NCBI GenBank assembly: GCA_050115495.1
Contig: JASFQK010000024.1
Location: 31,039-95,038, forward strand
DNA: 64,000 bases
Source: Phycisphaerae bacterium
Lineage (GTDB): Bacteria > Planctomycetota > Phycisphaerae > UBA1845 > Fen-1342
Reading direction: 5' to 3'
Shown piece after piece: positions 40,379 through 50,565 of this stretch. Made by a program: the position numbers and the translations under genes. Position 1 is the first letter of the stretch; each line of letters begins with the position of its first letter. The notes under the pieces were generated by a model. It did not search any database. It had not been told where the DNA came from and saw only the letters and a list, made by a program, of their open reading frames with translations.

Positions 40379-41377
40379 TTACTTGCCGGCCTGCAAGGCG
40401 GCCATCCGCTGCTCGACCTGGGCGAGGATGCGCTCGTAGGCATCCTGGTCCTGGTGGGCGGCGGCGACGAGCTGCTGCATCAGGCTGACAAGCTCGAGCT
40501 CCTCCGGGCTGAGGGGGCCGGGAGGCGGCTGGTTTTCGTACGCCAACGGCGGCAGAACGGGGGCCTTGGGCTGCTCCCCGGGGGGCGGATTCTGAGCCAG
40601 CGTCGGCGACGTTCCCTCGGCGATCGGCTGCTCCGCACCTTGCGCGAACTGCGGCTGCGGCACGGGTTGCTCGGCCTCGGCGGCGAGGTGAGCGACGACG
40701 TGCAACTGCTCGCGGGCCGCCTCGAACTTCGGGTTCAGGGCAAGGGCCGTTTCGAGCAGGTGGGCGGCCTCGGCAAACTGGCCGGCCTCGGTATGCAGCA
40801 CGGCAAGGTTGTAGTGGGCGTCGGCCTCGCTACCGACGAGGCGGAACTCCTGGAGGGCATCGTTGTACCGGCCGAGCCGGGCCAGCACGATACCGTAGTT
40901 CATGTGGGCCCGGGGGTAGTCCGGCCGAAGCTCGATGGCCCGCTGGAAGCTCTGCGCGGCCTGGTCGTACAGCCCTTCGAGGTAGAGGCTGAAGCCGAGA
41001 TTGTTGTGGATGTAAGCCTGGGTGGGCTGGAGTCGGATGGCGAGGCGGAACTGTGCGGTCGCCTCGGCATGCTGCCTGAGCTTGTTGAGGGTGATCCCCA
41101 GGCGGTTGCGGGCCGAGACCATGTTCGGCGAGCGCTCAAGCGCCTCGCGATACTGCTCGGCGGCCTGCTGGAACTCACCCTGCCGTTCGAGCAGATGGGC
41201 ATGGGCGAAATAGGTCGAGGCGTCGATGCCCCGCTGGGGATCGAGCTCCAAGGCCGGCATCGAGCCGGCCCCGGTCGTGGGCGCGTCCGACTGGCAGCCG
41301 AGCAAGCTCACGGCGAGGATGCCGGCGACAATGACCCCGCTTCGCAGCACGGCGTGGTACACGGTGAATCTCCTCAT
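40379..41377 (-). CDS. TPR-repeat lipoprotein
   Basis: LLGC lipobox; repeated NRLG/NNLG/NYG/NLA TPR units. Confidence 0.85.
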   Translation of the reverse strand: MRRFTVYHAVLRSGVIVAGILAVSLLGCQSDAPTTGAGSMPALELDPQRGIDASTYFAHAHLLERQGEFQQAAEQYREALERSPNMVSARNRLGITLNKLRQHAEATAQFRLAIRLQPTQAYIHNNLGFSLYLEGLYDQAAQSFQRAIELRPDYPRAHMNYGIVLARLGRYNDALQEFRLVGSEADAHYNLAVLHTEAGQFAEAAHLLETALALNPKFEAAREQLHVVAHLAAEAEQPVPQPQFAQGAEQPIAEGTSPTLAQNPPPGEQPKAPVLPPLAYENQPPPGPLSPEELELVSLMQQLVAAAHQDQDAYERILAQVEQRMAALQAGK

Positions 41378-41378
41378 G

Positions 41379-41888
41379 CTACTCCTCGCCCTGCCCACCC
41401 AGGCCAGTCGACCCGCCCGAAGCTTCCGGGCGGTAGGTCCCCTCGTTGGTCTTGATGAGGATGACCTCGGTGGCGTCGAGCCCCCGTCCACCGGGCATGT
41501 CGAGCCGAACGGTTTCGGCGGTCGCATCGATGCCGGCCTGGCAGAGGAACTCGAGCACTTCATTGATGCGGGCGTCAACGAGGCCCTCGTCGGTGACGTT
41601 GGTGCTCAGGCGAATCGTCCCGCCGTAAGCCTGCATGAGCAGCGCCAGCCGGGAGAGGCGCTCCTCCCCGAGCGAGCTGAGCAACGCCCGGTGCGGCAGG
41701 AAGTGAATGTCCGAGACGGTCATGTCGGCCAGCAGAGCGTTGTCCGTCATGTGCGTGTACATGCTCTGCATTTCGCTGGTCGTCTCGGGCTTGCCATGCG
41801 GCGGGGCGTTCAGGCGAGGCGAGGGGGACGAGCAGGCCGTCATGGCCAGCAGGCCGACCGCCGCCGCGCAGACGAGAATGTTTCTCAT
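41379..41888 (-). CDS. Hypothetical lipoprotein
   Basis: AGGAG SD; MRNILVCAAAVGLLAMTAC lipobox; stop lies 1 nt before the TPR gene start. Confidence 0.8.
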   Translation of the reverse strand: MRNILVCAAAVGLLAMTACSSPSPRLNAPPHGKPETTSEMQSMYTHMTDNALLADMTVSDIHFLPHRALLSSLGEERLSRLALLMQAYGGTIRLSTNVTDEGLVDARINEVLEFLCQAGIDATAETVRLDMPGGRGLDATEVILIKTNEGTYRPEASGGSTGLGGQGEE

Positions 41889-42141
41889 GATCGACTCCTG
41901 TCCGGGGTGAACGTCCGAAACATCGAAGGCCGGCCGCGCGACAAAGGAAGCGGCGGCGCATCGGTCCCGAGGCGGTCCATCGCCGGGCACTTCCCAGAAA
42001 ATCGGCAACAACTGCAAGTGGACTGAAGGGTGGCGTCCGGGAGGGCGCCCGGGGCCGGGGGCTCCGGGAGCGGTTACGGAGCCTGTCCGGAATCGTCGGG
42101 GCCGGCTCGCCCTGTGGGGGCCATGCATTAGAATCCGGCCC

Positions 42142-43668
42142 ATGCGGCATTTGCGCCTGATTCTGTTGTGCGGGCTCGTTCTCGTCACCCTGGGCACGCT
42201 GGCTGGCACGTTGGGGTATGCCTGGTATTTGCGCAGCGGAGCGTACCGGGACTACTGCGCGACGTCCCTGGAGGAGGCCCTGGGGCTGCCGAGCGAGATT
42301 GGCAAAGCCATTCCACGCTCGTGGACGTCGCGGGAATTCGAAGACGTCACGGTTTGGCTGCCGGGTCGGCGGGGAAAAGCCCTTAGCTGCGAGCGGGCGG
42401 TGCTGCGCTATACGCCCCGGGCCAAGGATCCGAGTGCCTACGAAATCGACCTGATGGGCGGGACGTCGGAGATATCGACGCAAACGTGGCTGCGGGAGGA
42501 CTATCGCCTGGTGGTCGAGTCGGGGTTGCGGCCCGGCTTCGATCCGGACGGCCCGCGGGAAGTGCGCTTCAGCGACATGGACATCCGCTTTGCCCGGGAC
42601 CAGTTCGCGGCGTCGCTGGAAGCGGCCAGCGGGATCGTGATCTTCGAGAGCGCGCAGCACGCCTCGGCGACGATCACCTGCCGGGCGTTCAACGGCCACG
42701 TCGCCGCCCAGCCGGCGTTACTGCACGCGCAGTTCTCGCCGCGGGCGACGGGCATCCGGGTCGACCAGCTCGAATTCAACGTGCCGACGCTGCCGCTGTC
42801 GGTGCTGCATCTGGACGGCCTGGCCGGCGTCGAGCTGAGCCACGGGACGTTCAACGGGCGGCTGATGTACAGCGAGGGGGACGACGGGCGGCGCGTGAGC
42901 CTGAGCGGCATGTGCTGCGACGTAAGCCTTGAGGAATGCACGACGGGGTTGATGCCCCACCCCTGCCGTGGGACGTGCCCGGAGCTGGAGCTCACCGAAT
43001 TGACGCTGCTGAACCGCCGGCCGGAGCGGCTGCGTTTCCGCGGCGTGCTCAACGGGGTGGTTCTGGGCGATATTCTGGCTCCGTGGGGTCTGGAGTCGAT
43101 CGGGGGCGACCTGGTGCTGCGCGTACGCGAGGCGGACCTGTCGCCGAACGGGATCGAGCGGCTGGTGGCGTCAGGAGAGTGCGGAGGCATTTCGCTGGCG
43201 GCGCTGACGCAGTGGTTCGGGAACGGGCGGATGAGCGGGTCGGCGCGGCTGGTGATCGACGACCTGACGATCGAGCAGAACTGCCTGCGTTCGCTCAACG
43301 CCGACCTGAGGATCGAGGACGACGACGAGGCGAAGTGGATCGAAGGCCGGCTGGTGACGGAGATGGTCAGCCGCGCGCTGAAGATGGACATCCCGTCGTG
43401 GTTGCCGGAACGAATCGAATACACGGACCTGGGCGTGCGGCTGGACGTGCGGGACGAGATTCTGCACGTGTTCGGAACGCACGGGCCGGGTGAGCGAACC
43501 ATTCTGACGGTGCGGATGTTCGAGCGCGACATGCCGCTCATCACTGAACCGCAACGGGAATTCGACCTGAGCGCGTGGCTGGAGCAGATGCGGGTGCGAG
43601 CAGCGGAGCAGCTCCGACAGCGGATCGACGAGCTGTCGACGCAGCCGGCGCCGCTGCTCGGTCCGTAA
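42142..43668 (+). CDS. Hypothetical membrane-anchored beta-rich (AsmA-like?) protein
   Basis: N-terminal TM followed by alternating beta-strand patterns; family call tentative. Confidence 0.7.
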   Translation: MRHLRLILLCGLVLVTLGTLAGTLGYAWYLRSGAYRDYCATSLEEALGLPSEIGKAIPRSWTSREFEDVTVWLPGRRGKALSCERAVLRYTPRAKDPSAYEIDLMGGTSEISTQTWLREDYRLVVESGLRPGFDPDGPREVRFSDMDIRFARDQFAASLEAASGIVIFESAQHASATITCRAFNGHVAAQPALLHAQFSPRATGIRVDQLEFNVPTLPLSVLHLDGLAGVELSHGTFNGRLMYSEGDDGRRVSLSGMCCDVSLEECTTGLMPHPCRGTCPELELTELTLLNRRPERLRFRGVLNGVVLGDILAPWGLESIGGDLVLRVREADLSPNGIERLVASGECGGISLAALTQWFGNGRMSGSARLVIDDLTIEQNCLRSLNADLRIEDDDEAKWIEGRLVTEMVSRALKMDIPSWLPERIEYTDLGVRLDVRDEILHVFGTHGPGERTILTVRMFERDMPLITEPQREFDLSAWLEQMRVRAAEQLRQRIDELSTQPAPLLGP

Positions 43669-43687
43669 GACGCCGGCCTCGACCGGA

Positions 43688-45184
43688 TTGGAGCGACGCT
43701 TGGCGCGGCGATCGGCAGAGCGACACCTGGTGATCGTGGCGATCACGGTCAGCGTGGCGTTGGCGGCGCTGACGGTGTGGGCGGTGGCCGAGCAGGGTAA
43801 CGCGCTCTGGCAGCGGGACCTGGCGGACCTGCGGCATGCGGCGGCGCAGGCGGGGGCGGACAAGACCGTAGCGCTGCGCGGGGATCTGGAGAAGGCGTTT
43901 GCCGCCGCCGGTCTGGCCTGGCAACTGGGCAAGACGGACGGGTTGGGGTGGTGGCTGGAGGGGCGGGAGCTGTGGTCGCTGGCGCTGCTGAAGACGGAGG
44001 ACACGGGCTGGCAATTCGTGCCGCGGGCGCGCGATCGAGAGGCGCCGCCGGCGCTGATCGAGGCCCTGCGGGCGACCGCGGGCGATCCGGAGGCCCCTAC
44101 CGACGAGATCCACTTCGCCATGGCGGTCGGCGAAGCCGGCGAACCGCAGGTCGTCGCCGCCCGTAACCTGAGCCCGACCGCCCGACTGGCCCTGGTAGCC
44201 TCGACGGCGGAGCTGCTCGCCCACTACTGGCCGCCGGACGACAGGGCGCCGTGGCAGGTGGCCCCGGCCGCGACGACGGGGGAGAGTCTATGCGAACTGG
44301 GCATTCCTTTCGGCGAGGCGCGACTGGTGCCCAGTGCGGCTACGGCCCGCGGGCTGGCGTCGCACCGGCAGCGGCGGATCGCCTTCGTGGCGGCGACGGC
44401 GCTGGGCACCGCCGGCGCGTGGGGTGTCGTGATCTGGCTCATGCTGCGGGCCGTGGCCCGGCAGCGCGAATTGGTTCGCTTGCAGCGGCGGTTCGTGGCG
44501 GACGTGAGCCACGAACTGAAGACGCCGCTGACGATGATCCGGCTGCTGGCGGAAACGCTGCTCGACGGGCGGGTGCGAGACCTGGACCGCGTGCGCACGT
44601 ATCACCAGACGATCACGCGCGAGTCCGAGCGGCTGAGCGTGCTGCTGGACGGCATTCTCGATTTCAGCCGACTGGAGAGCGAGCGGTCGCCGACGGAGCT
44701 AGTGGAGTGTGACGTGGCCCAGGTGGCTCGGCGGGCGTGGATCCTGTTCGAGCCGCAGTTCGCCGCGGAGAACTTCTCGCGGCAACTGGAGATCGCCCCG
44801 GACCTGCCGCCGGTGCGGGCGGATGCGGACGCGCTGCAACAGGTGTTCGTGAACCTGCTGCAAAACGCGTATCGGTATGCGGGCGACGGGCGCTACGTGC
44901 GGATGAACGTGGGACGCGAGGGGTACCTCGTCGTTATCACGGTCGAGGATCACGGCATCGGCATGACGCGGGGGCAGCTCGAACGCCTCGGCGACAGCTT
45001 CTTCCGGGCGGAGGACACGCGCGTGCGGCAGCAGCGCGGCACCGGACTCGGCCTGGCCATCGTCAACCACATCGTCCGGGCACACGGCGGCAAGCTCGAA
45101 GTGCACTCGCGGCCGAACGAGGGCAGCCGTTTCACGGTCTGGCTGCCCTGCGAACCCGCCGGCGACGAGAGCCGCCGCCGCTGA
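43688..45184 (+). CDS. Membrane sensor histidine kinase (HisKA + HATPase)
   Basis: FVADVSHELKTPL, NLLQNA, VEDHGIG, FFR, GTGLGLAIV, GSRFTV. Confidence 0.93.
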   Translation: MERRLARRSAERHLVIVAITVSVALAALTVWAVAEQGNALWQRDLADLRHAAAQAGADKTVALRGDLEKAFAAAGLAWQLGKTDGLGWWLEGRELWSLALLKTEDTGWQFVPRARDREAPPALIEALRATAGDPEAPTDEIHFAMAVGEAGEPQVVAARNLSPTARLALVASTAELLAHYWPPDDRAPWQVAPAATTGESLCELGIPFGEARLVPSAATARGLASHRQRRIAFVAATALGTAGAWGVVIWLMLRAVARQRELVRLQRRFVADVSHELKTPLTMIRLLAETLLDGRVRDLDRVRTYHQTITRESERLSVLLDGILDFSRLESERSPTELVECDVAQVARRAWILFEPQFAAENFSRQLEIAPDLPPVRADADALQQVFVNLLQNAYRYAGDGRYVRMNVGREGYLVVITVEDHGIGMTRGQLERLGDSFFRAEDTRVRQQRGTGLGLAIVNHIVRAHGGKLEVHSRPNEGSRFTVWLPCEPAGDESRRR

Positions 45185-45199
45185 TCTCCGCCGCGCGCG

Positions 45200-46829
45200 T
45201 TACGGCAGGTGCGTGAGCAGGTAGATCAGATCTCCGATATCGAAGTTGTTCACGAGACCGTCGCCGTTGAGATCGCCGAGCAGGTCCAGGCAGTCCGGGT
45301 ACTCGACCGCGTAGCCGTCGGGATCGAGCAGCGCGAGGACGAAGGGGCTCAAGTCGAAGTTGCTGATGCGGCCGTCGCAGTTCAGGTCGCCGAAGACATA
45401 CGAGGCGAACTCGTCGGCCCCCATGTCCGTAACGGCGACCGCGTCGTCATCGCCATCCCAGACGCGATACTTGCCGTAGAAGTCCGGCTCGCCCGGCGTG
45501 GGCACGAACGCGGGATCGCCCGCGTCGATGCAGGGGGAGTCGGCGGTGAGATGGAAGTCGCCGGCGGCCGGATCGGCCAGCAGCGGCACAAGATCGATGT
45601 TGCCGTCGCCCCACGTCAGCACAGACGTGCCTTCGATATGGACGTCGGCTTCGCCGCCGGCGACGTCGCTGTAACGCACCTCGGCGGTCGGATAGCCCAT
45701 CAGGTCATCGCCGAACAGAGCGAGCGACGGGCCCTGGCCCGACGTCACCCTGTTGTCCCAGAGGATGGTGTCTTCGCAGGTGAGCAGGGTGGGCCCGTAC
45801 TCGATCGCCAGGGCGCCGCCGAGCTGGCCCGACGTGTTGCCGACGATCGTGCAGTGGCGCAGCGTGGTATCGCAGTTGGCGTGGATGGCACCGCCGTTGT
45901 GCGTGGCGTGGTTGTCCGCGAAGACGCAGGAATCGAACACCGCGCTGCAGTAACAGATGACGCAGGCACCAGCACCGCAGCAGTCGACCGTACCCAATGT
46001 GGTGTTGCCGGTGATGAGGCAGCGGCGGACGACCACCTGACTGAAGTAATAGAAGAAGAGGCCGCCGCCGGAGTACATCGTGACGGTGTTGTCGGCGATC
46101 CGGCAATCCTCGATGAGCACGTCGCTGCTCTCCGCGCAGTGGAAACCACCGGCGACATATTGCGCGTGGTTCCCGACGATCTGGCAGCGACGGATGGTCG
46201 TTCCGTTGGCTTCATTGAGGCCGATGCCGCCGCCGGAGCCGGGGGCCGTGGTGGCGTCGTTGTCCATAATGCGGCAGTCCTCGATGAGCGGGGCGCCGAC
46301 GTTGCAGTAGATCCCGGCGCCGCTCTCGTCGGAGACGTTTTCGGCGATGAGGCAGCGGCGGATCGTCGGGCTGCTGTGGTCCAGGTGAATGCCGCCGCCC
46401 GAGGCGCCGGTGATGTGCAGGCCATCGAGCACGGTGGACCGCGTTTCGGCGGTGCCGGTCAGGTCGAAGGCGTGCGGCTGGCCGGCGCAGTCGATGATGG
46501 TCGCGTCGACGACGGCGGGATCGGCCGGAGTGGTGCTGCGGACCGTGATGGCGCGGCCGTAGAGAAGCAGGTCGTGGTTGCCCGAACCGCTGTACGTGCC
46601 GGGGAGCGAGGACGACGCTGTCGCCGCCGGCGGCAATGTTGATGGCGGCCTGGATCGTGGCCTTGGGACCGTTGCTGCCGCCGGTCCAGTGGTCGGACAG
46701 GCCGTTCCAGGCATCGTTGCCGGCGGCGGCATCGACGTAGTACGTGGTGGCCAGGGCAGGCGCGGTAACGGTCAGCAGTACGAGCAGACAGAGCCCCGTG
46801 TAACCGGTCGATCGAGTGGACATGAGCAT
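45200..46829 (-). pseudogene. Secreted right-handed beta-helix protein with dockerin-like C-terminus, frameshifted near 46601-46604
   Basis: Signal peptide plus TTYYVDA..GND..GPKATIQAAI..GDSVVLAP in one frame; GTYSGSGN..beta-helix repeats..DFHL..SPCIDAG..DMGADE, GDLNCDG..DLNGDG in another. Removing one C from CCCC joins them. Confidence 0.75.
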
Positions 46830-46926
46830 GTTCCTCCCTGGAAAGGGGCGAGCGCGGCGGCCGCAGAACTGCGGCCCGACCACCGCCGCCGATGCTTCCA
46901 TTATGGGGGGAACCAGGTGCGCGCCG

Positions 46927-46943
46927 TGTAACAATACTGTAAC
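46927..46943 (-). promoter_or_regulatory. Direct repeat GTTACA-N5-GTTACA (OmpR/PhoB-like box)
   Basis: 11-bp period, 21 nt upstream of a CATAAT -10-like hexamer (46905-46900). Confidence 0.4.
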
Positions 46944-47000
46944 TGGGCGGGAGAAGACAGGAGGCAGCATCGCGGGGCGGGCGCGTTGGCGGGGCCGGGG

Positions 47001-47951
47001 TCAGGTCGTGCGGCGGAGTTGGAAGCGGGCGACCAACTGGCGGAGTACGTGGCCGGAGACGCCGAGTTGGGCGGCAGCGCGGGCGTAGTTCCAGTGGTTC
47101 TCGTGCAGGGCGCGGGCCACCATCAGCCGCTGGGCGTAGGCCAGCGACGACGCCGACTCGCCGGCCCGCGGGGCGACGAAACCGCCGACCACGTCCGCCG
47201 GCAACTGCCGCTCGGTTATCCGCTCGCCCTGTGACAGCAACAGGGCCCGCTCGATCGTGAACTGCAACTCGCGCACGTTACCGGGCCAACGGTAGCTGAT
47301 GAGCAGGGCCATCGCCGTGTCGCTGAAGCCGGACTGCCGGCAGCGGTTCTGCCGGGCCGCCGCGTGCAGGAAATGCGTGGCCAGGGCGGCGATGTCCTCG
47401 CGCCGCTCGCGCAGCGGCGGAACGTGGATCGGAAAGACGCTGAGCCGGTAGAAGAGGTCCTCGCGAAAATGACCGCGGCGGGCCATGACCAGCAGGTCGT
47501 GACGCGTGGTCGTCACGATCCGCACGTCGGACTCGCGTGAATACGTGGCACCCAGCCGGCTGAACCGCCGCTCCTGAATGACGCGGAGCAGCTTGGCCTG
47601 GGCCAGCAACGGGATGTCGCCGACCTCGTCCAGCAGCAGCGTGCCGGCGTGCGCACGCTCGAAGAGCCCCGCGCGCGGCTGCGTGGCGCCCGTGAACGCT
47701 CCGCGCTCGTGGCCGAAGAGCTCGCTTTCCAGGAGCGTCTCCGGGACCGCCGCACAGTGACAGGCCACCATCGGATGATCCCGGCGCGGGCTGAGCCGAT
47801 GCACGAGACGGGCGACGAGCTCCTTACCCGTGCCCGTTTCACCGGTGACGAGCACGGTGGCGCGCGTCGGGGCGACGCGGGCGCAGAGTTCGAGCACGTG
47901 TTGCCAGGCGCGGCTGGTGCTGATCAGCTTGAGGTCGGGCGGCAACTTCAC
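47001..47951 (-). CDS. Sigma54-dependent activator (AAA+ plus Fis-like HTH) lacking an N-terminal sensor domain
   Basis: [50 protein letters not shown]. Start uncertain (47951-48062). Confidence 0.88.
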   Translation of the reverse strand: MKLPPDLKLISTSRAWQHVLELCARVAPTRATVLVTGETGTGKELVARLVHRLSPRRDHPMVACHCAAVPETLLESELFGHERGAFTGATQPRAGLFERAHAGTLLLDEVGDIPLLAQAKLLRVIQERRFSRLGATYSRESDVRIVTTTRHDLLVMARRGHFREDLFYRLSVFPIHVPPLRERREDIAALATHFLHAAARQNRCRQSGFSDTAMALLISYRWPGNVRELQFTIERALLLSQGERITERQLPADVVGGFVAPRAGESASSLAYAQRLMVARALHENHWNYARAAAQLGVSGHVLRQLVARFQLRRTT

Positions 47952-48074
47952 GACGTGCTCAACGAAGCGGGTGACAGTCGAAAAGGATGCCCCGCGCGAG
48001 ACACGCCTTTCCGTCCACCGAGCCTGACCGGCATCATGTCCCGGGCAGGCGCAATTGTCCACGGTGAAGCGGCA

Positions 48075-48872
48075 TCAACGGCCGGAAGAGCGCTGCAAAC
48101 GGCCGTCGGTCAGCAGAAGGGTGCGGTCGGCACAACGGGCGACACCGGGATCGTGCGTGACCATGACGATGGTCTGCCCGGTTTTGTGCAGGCCGCTGAT
48201 GAGGTCCATGATCTTCTGGCCGGCCTCGGCGTCGAGGTTGCCGGTGGGCTCGTCGGCGAAGAGGACGCGCGGGTTGTGCACGAGGGCGCGGGCGATGGCC
48301 ACGCGCTGCCGCTCGCCACCGGAGAGCTCGTTCGGCTTGTGCCGCAGGCGTTTGCTGAGGCCGACGCGCTCGAGCATGTCGATGGCGTCCTGGTTGGCGG
48401 TGGTGCGGCGGGCCCGCCAGGCGAGCGTGGGCGTGCCGATGCGGCAGGTCAGCAGCACGTTCTCCAGTACATTCAGCTCGGGCAGCAGGTGATAGAACTG
48501 GAAAACGAAGCCGAAGGCCTGCCGGCGCAGGCGAATGCGGCGGCGTTCAGCCGCGGAAAGCACATCGGTCAGGCCGGTGTAGAAGCGGCGCCGATCGGGC
48601 GGAGCGAAGATGGGGACGCCATCGAAGCGCACCTGCCCCTGCTGCGGCACGTCGAGGGCGCCGAGGATGTGCAGGAGCGTGCTCTTGCCGCTGCCGGACT
48701 TGCCCATGATGGCGACGAACTCGCCGGCGTTGACCTCGAGGCTGCACCCGTGCAGCACGCGGAGCTCGTAGCGGCCCATGCGGTAGCGCTTGTGCAGGTC
48801 CTCGGCCACGAGCAGTGGGCCGATACCGGCGCTGGTGTTGGCGTAGCTGAGGGGGGCGGGTCGCTCACTCAT
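48075..48872 (-). CDS. lolD: Lipoprotein-releasing ABC transporter ATPase (LolD-like)
   Basis: GKSGSGKSTLLH, FVFQFYHLLPEL, LSGGERQRVAIARAL, ADEPTGNLD. Confidence 0.88.
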   Translation of the reverse strand: MSERPAPLSYANTSAGIGPLLVAEDLHKRYRMGRYELRVLHGCSLEVNAGEFVAIMGKSGSGKSTLLHILGALDVPQQGQVRFDGVPIFAPPDRRRFYTGLTDVLSAAERRRIRLRRQAFGFVFQFYHLLPELNVLENVLLTCRIGTPTLAWRARRTTANQDAIDMLERVGLSKRLRHKPNELSGGERQRVAIARALVHNPRVLFADEPTGNLDAEAGQKIMDLISGLHKTGQTIVMVTHDPGVARCADRTLLLTDGRLQRSSGR

Positions 48873-50538
48873 GGCGAATCGCCTCCACGGGCTGCATGGA
48901 CCCGGCCCGCCAGGCGGCGGCGAACGAACCGAGCGTCGAGGCGGCCAGCGCGGCCAGCGCGACGAAGGCCACATCCCACGGGCTAACCTCGCTGGGAATC
49001 TTGTCGAAGGAGTACACCTTGAGGTCCCACACCCGCCAGGCAGGGTTCAGCGACGTAAGGAAATCCTGGATCTCGTTGATGTAAGTGACGACGAGCGAGC
49101 CGAGCACCGTGCCCAGCAGGCCGCCGACCACGCCGACGGCGGCCCCGTAGATCACGAACACGAAAGCCACGCCGGCCGACGAGCCGCCGATAGCCTTGAT
49201 GATGCCGATATCGCGCGTCTTCTGGAGCACGATCATGTAGAGGATGCAGAGGATGAGGGCCACGGCCACCAGCGAGATGATGCCGAAGAGGATGGTGACG
49301 AGCACCTTCTCCTTTTCGACGGGGGCGATGATGCTGGCCTGGGACTGCTGCCAGGTCATGGCCTTCACGTGGCTGACCAGGATGCGCTCGGTCAGGTCCA
49401 GCTCGAAGCGGGAGTCGTCGACGTAGCTGCGGTACAGGCTTTGCAGCCGCTCGGTGAGCGCGGCCGCATTGACGCCGTCGGCGACCTTGATCTGGATCTG
49501 CGAGCAGCGGGCCGGGGACGTGCCGACGATGTTGCCGTCGGCGTCCACGCGCGGCGTCGCGTTCATCTGCAGGAGCTTCTGCAACAGCGTGAAGTCGCAG
49601 TAGATGTGCTCCGAGTCGATGGCGTAGATGCCGGTGCGTGAGTCGTCCACGTAGCGGAAGGGCTGCTTCACCGGGATGGGGTCGACGTTGCCGCGGGCCG
49701 ATGTCGCCCAGAGCGTCACCGTGACGAGCGTGCCGCGCGGGTAGTAGCGGTCGTAGCGGCCGTCGGACTGGCGTTCGGCGACGATATCCCGGCCGAAGAT
49801 GATGCCGGGCCAGGGATCGCCGGCGATCCCCGGCATGCCGTCGCGGTCGTTGATAGCGTACACGCCGGGGATGAGCGGCAGGTGATAGCGGGCCAGCTCA
49901 GCGTCGAAGGGGCTGGGCACGGAGTCCGGATCGCTCAGCGCCTCATCCTCGCCGCGGGCGCGGGCCTGCTCGGCGTGCCGCTCGCGGACGGTCTCGAGGG
50001 CCTCGCGATAAGGTGAAGGCAGAATGGGGCGGTGCAACTCGCCGACGAGCGTGCCGTCCTCGTCGTGCACCGGGATCGGCTTGCTGTTGAGGTCGAAGCC
50101 GATCAGCGGCTGCCCCTGCTCGCCGAGGTTCGTCGTACCCGGATAGTACTTCTCGTAGAAGAGGCTGCTCTTGAAGGCGTTGACATCGTAGACGTCGCTG
50201 AGGCGAATGCCGACGACGCGGGCCGTGGCGGTCTGCTCGGTCGTGCGGAAGTTGAACAGGCTCCAGCTATAGATGACCGGCGTGGCCTTGGCGATCTCCG
50301 GCCACTCGCTGATCTCGGCGATGAACTCGTCGTAGAGCGGGAAGCCGGCGTAGCGCTGGTTATCGACGATGATGTCGCCGAGCAGGCCGCGGGCCTGCTT
50401 CTTGACCATTTCGAGCCAGCCGCCCATCACCGACAGAACGATCAGCACCATGGCCACGCAGAGGGTCACCGCGCCGATGGCGAAGTAGGCGATGCGCCCT
50501 TTGCGCAGGTACCGCAATGTCAGGAAGAGCTTGTACAA
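48865..50538 (-). CDS. Lipoprotein-releasing ABC permease (LolC/E, FtsX-like)
   Basis: LRYLR..LIVLSVMGG, KTRDIGIIKAIG, AWRA..QPVEAIRHE; lysS-lolE-lolD order. Confidence 0.88.
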   Translation of the reverse strand: MYKLFLTLRYLRKGRIAYFAIGAVTLCVAMVLIVLSVMGGWLEMVKKQARGLLGDIIVDNQRYAGFPLYDEFIAEISEWPEIAKATPVIYSWSLFNFRTTEQTATARVVGIRLSDVYDVNAFKSSLFYEKYYPGTTNLGEQGQPLIGFDLNSKPIPVHDEDGTLVGELHRPILPSPYREALETVRERHAEQARARGEDEALSDPDSVPSPFDAELARYHLPLIPGVYAINDRDGMPGIAGDPWPGIIFGRDIVAERQSDGRYDRYYPRGTLVTVTLWATSARGNVDPIPVKQPFRYVDDSRTGIYAIDSEHIYCDFTLLQKLLQMNATPRVDADGNIVGTSPARCSQIQIKVADGVNAAALTERLQSLYRSYVDDSRFELDLTERILVSHVKAMTWQQSQASIIAPVEKEKVLVTILFGIISLVAVALILCILYMIVLQKTRDIGIIKAIGGSSAGVAFVFVIYGAAVGVVGGLLGTVLGSLVVTYINEIQDFLTSLNPAWRVWDLKVYSFDKIPSEVSPWDVAFVALAALAASTLGSFAAAWRAGSMQPVEAIRHE

Positions 50539-50565
50539 ACCGGGCTCGCTTGCCGGGCCGAACTC

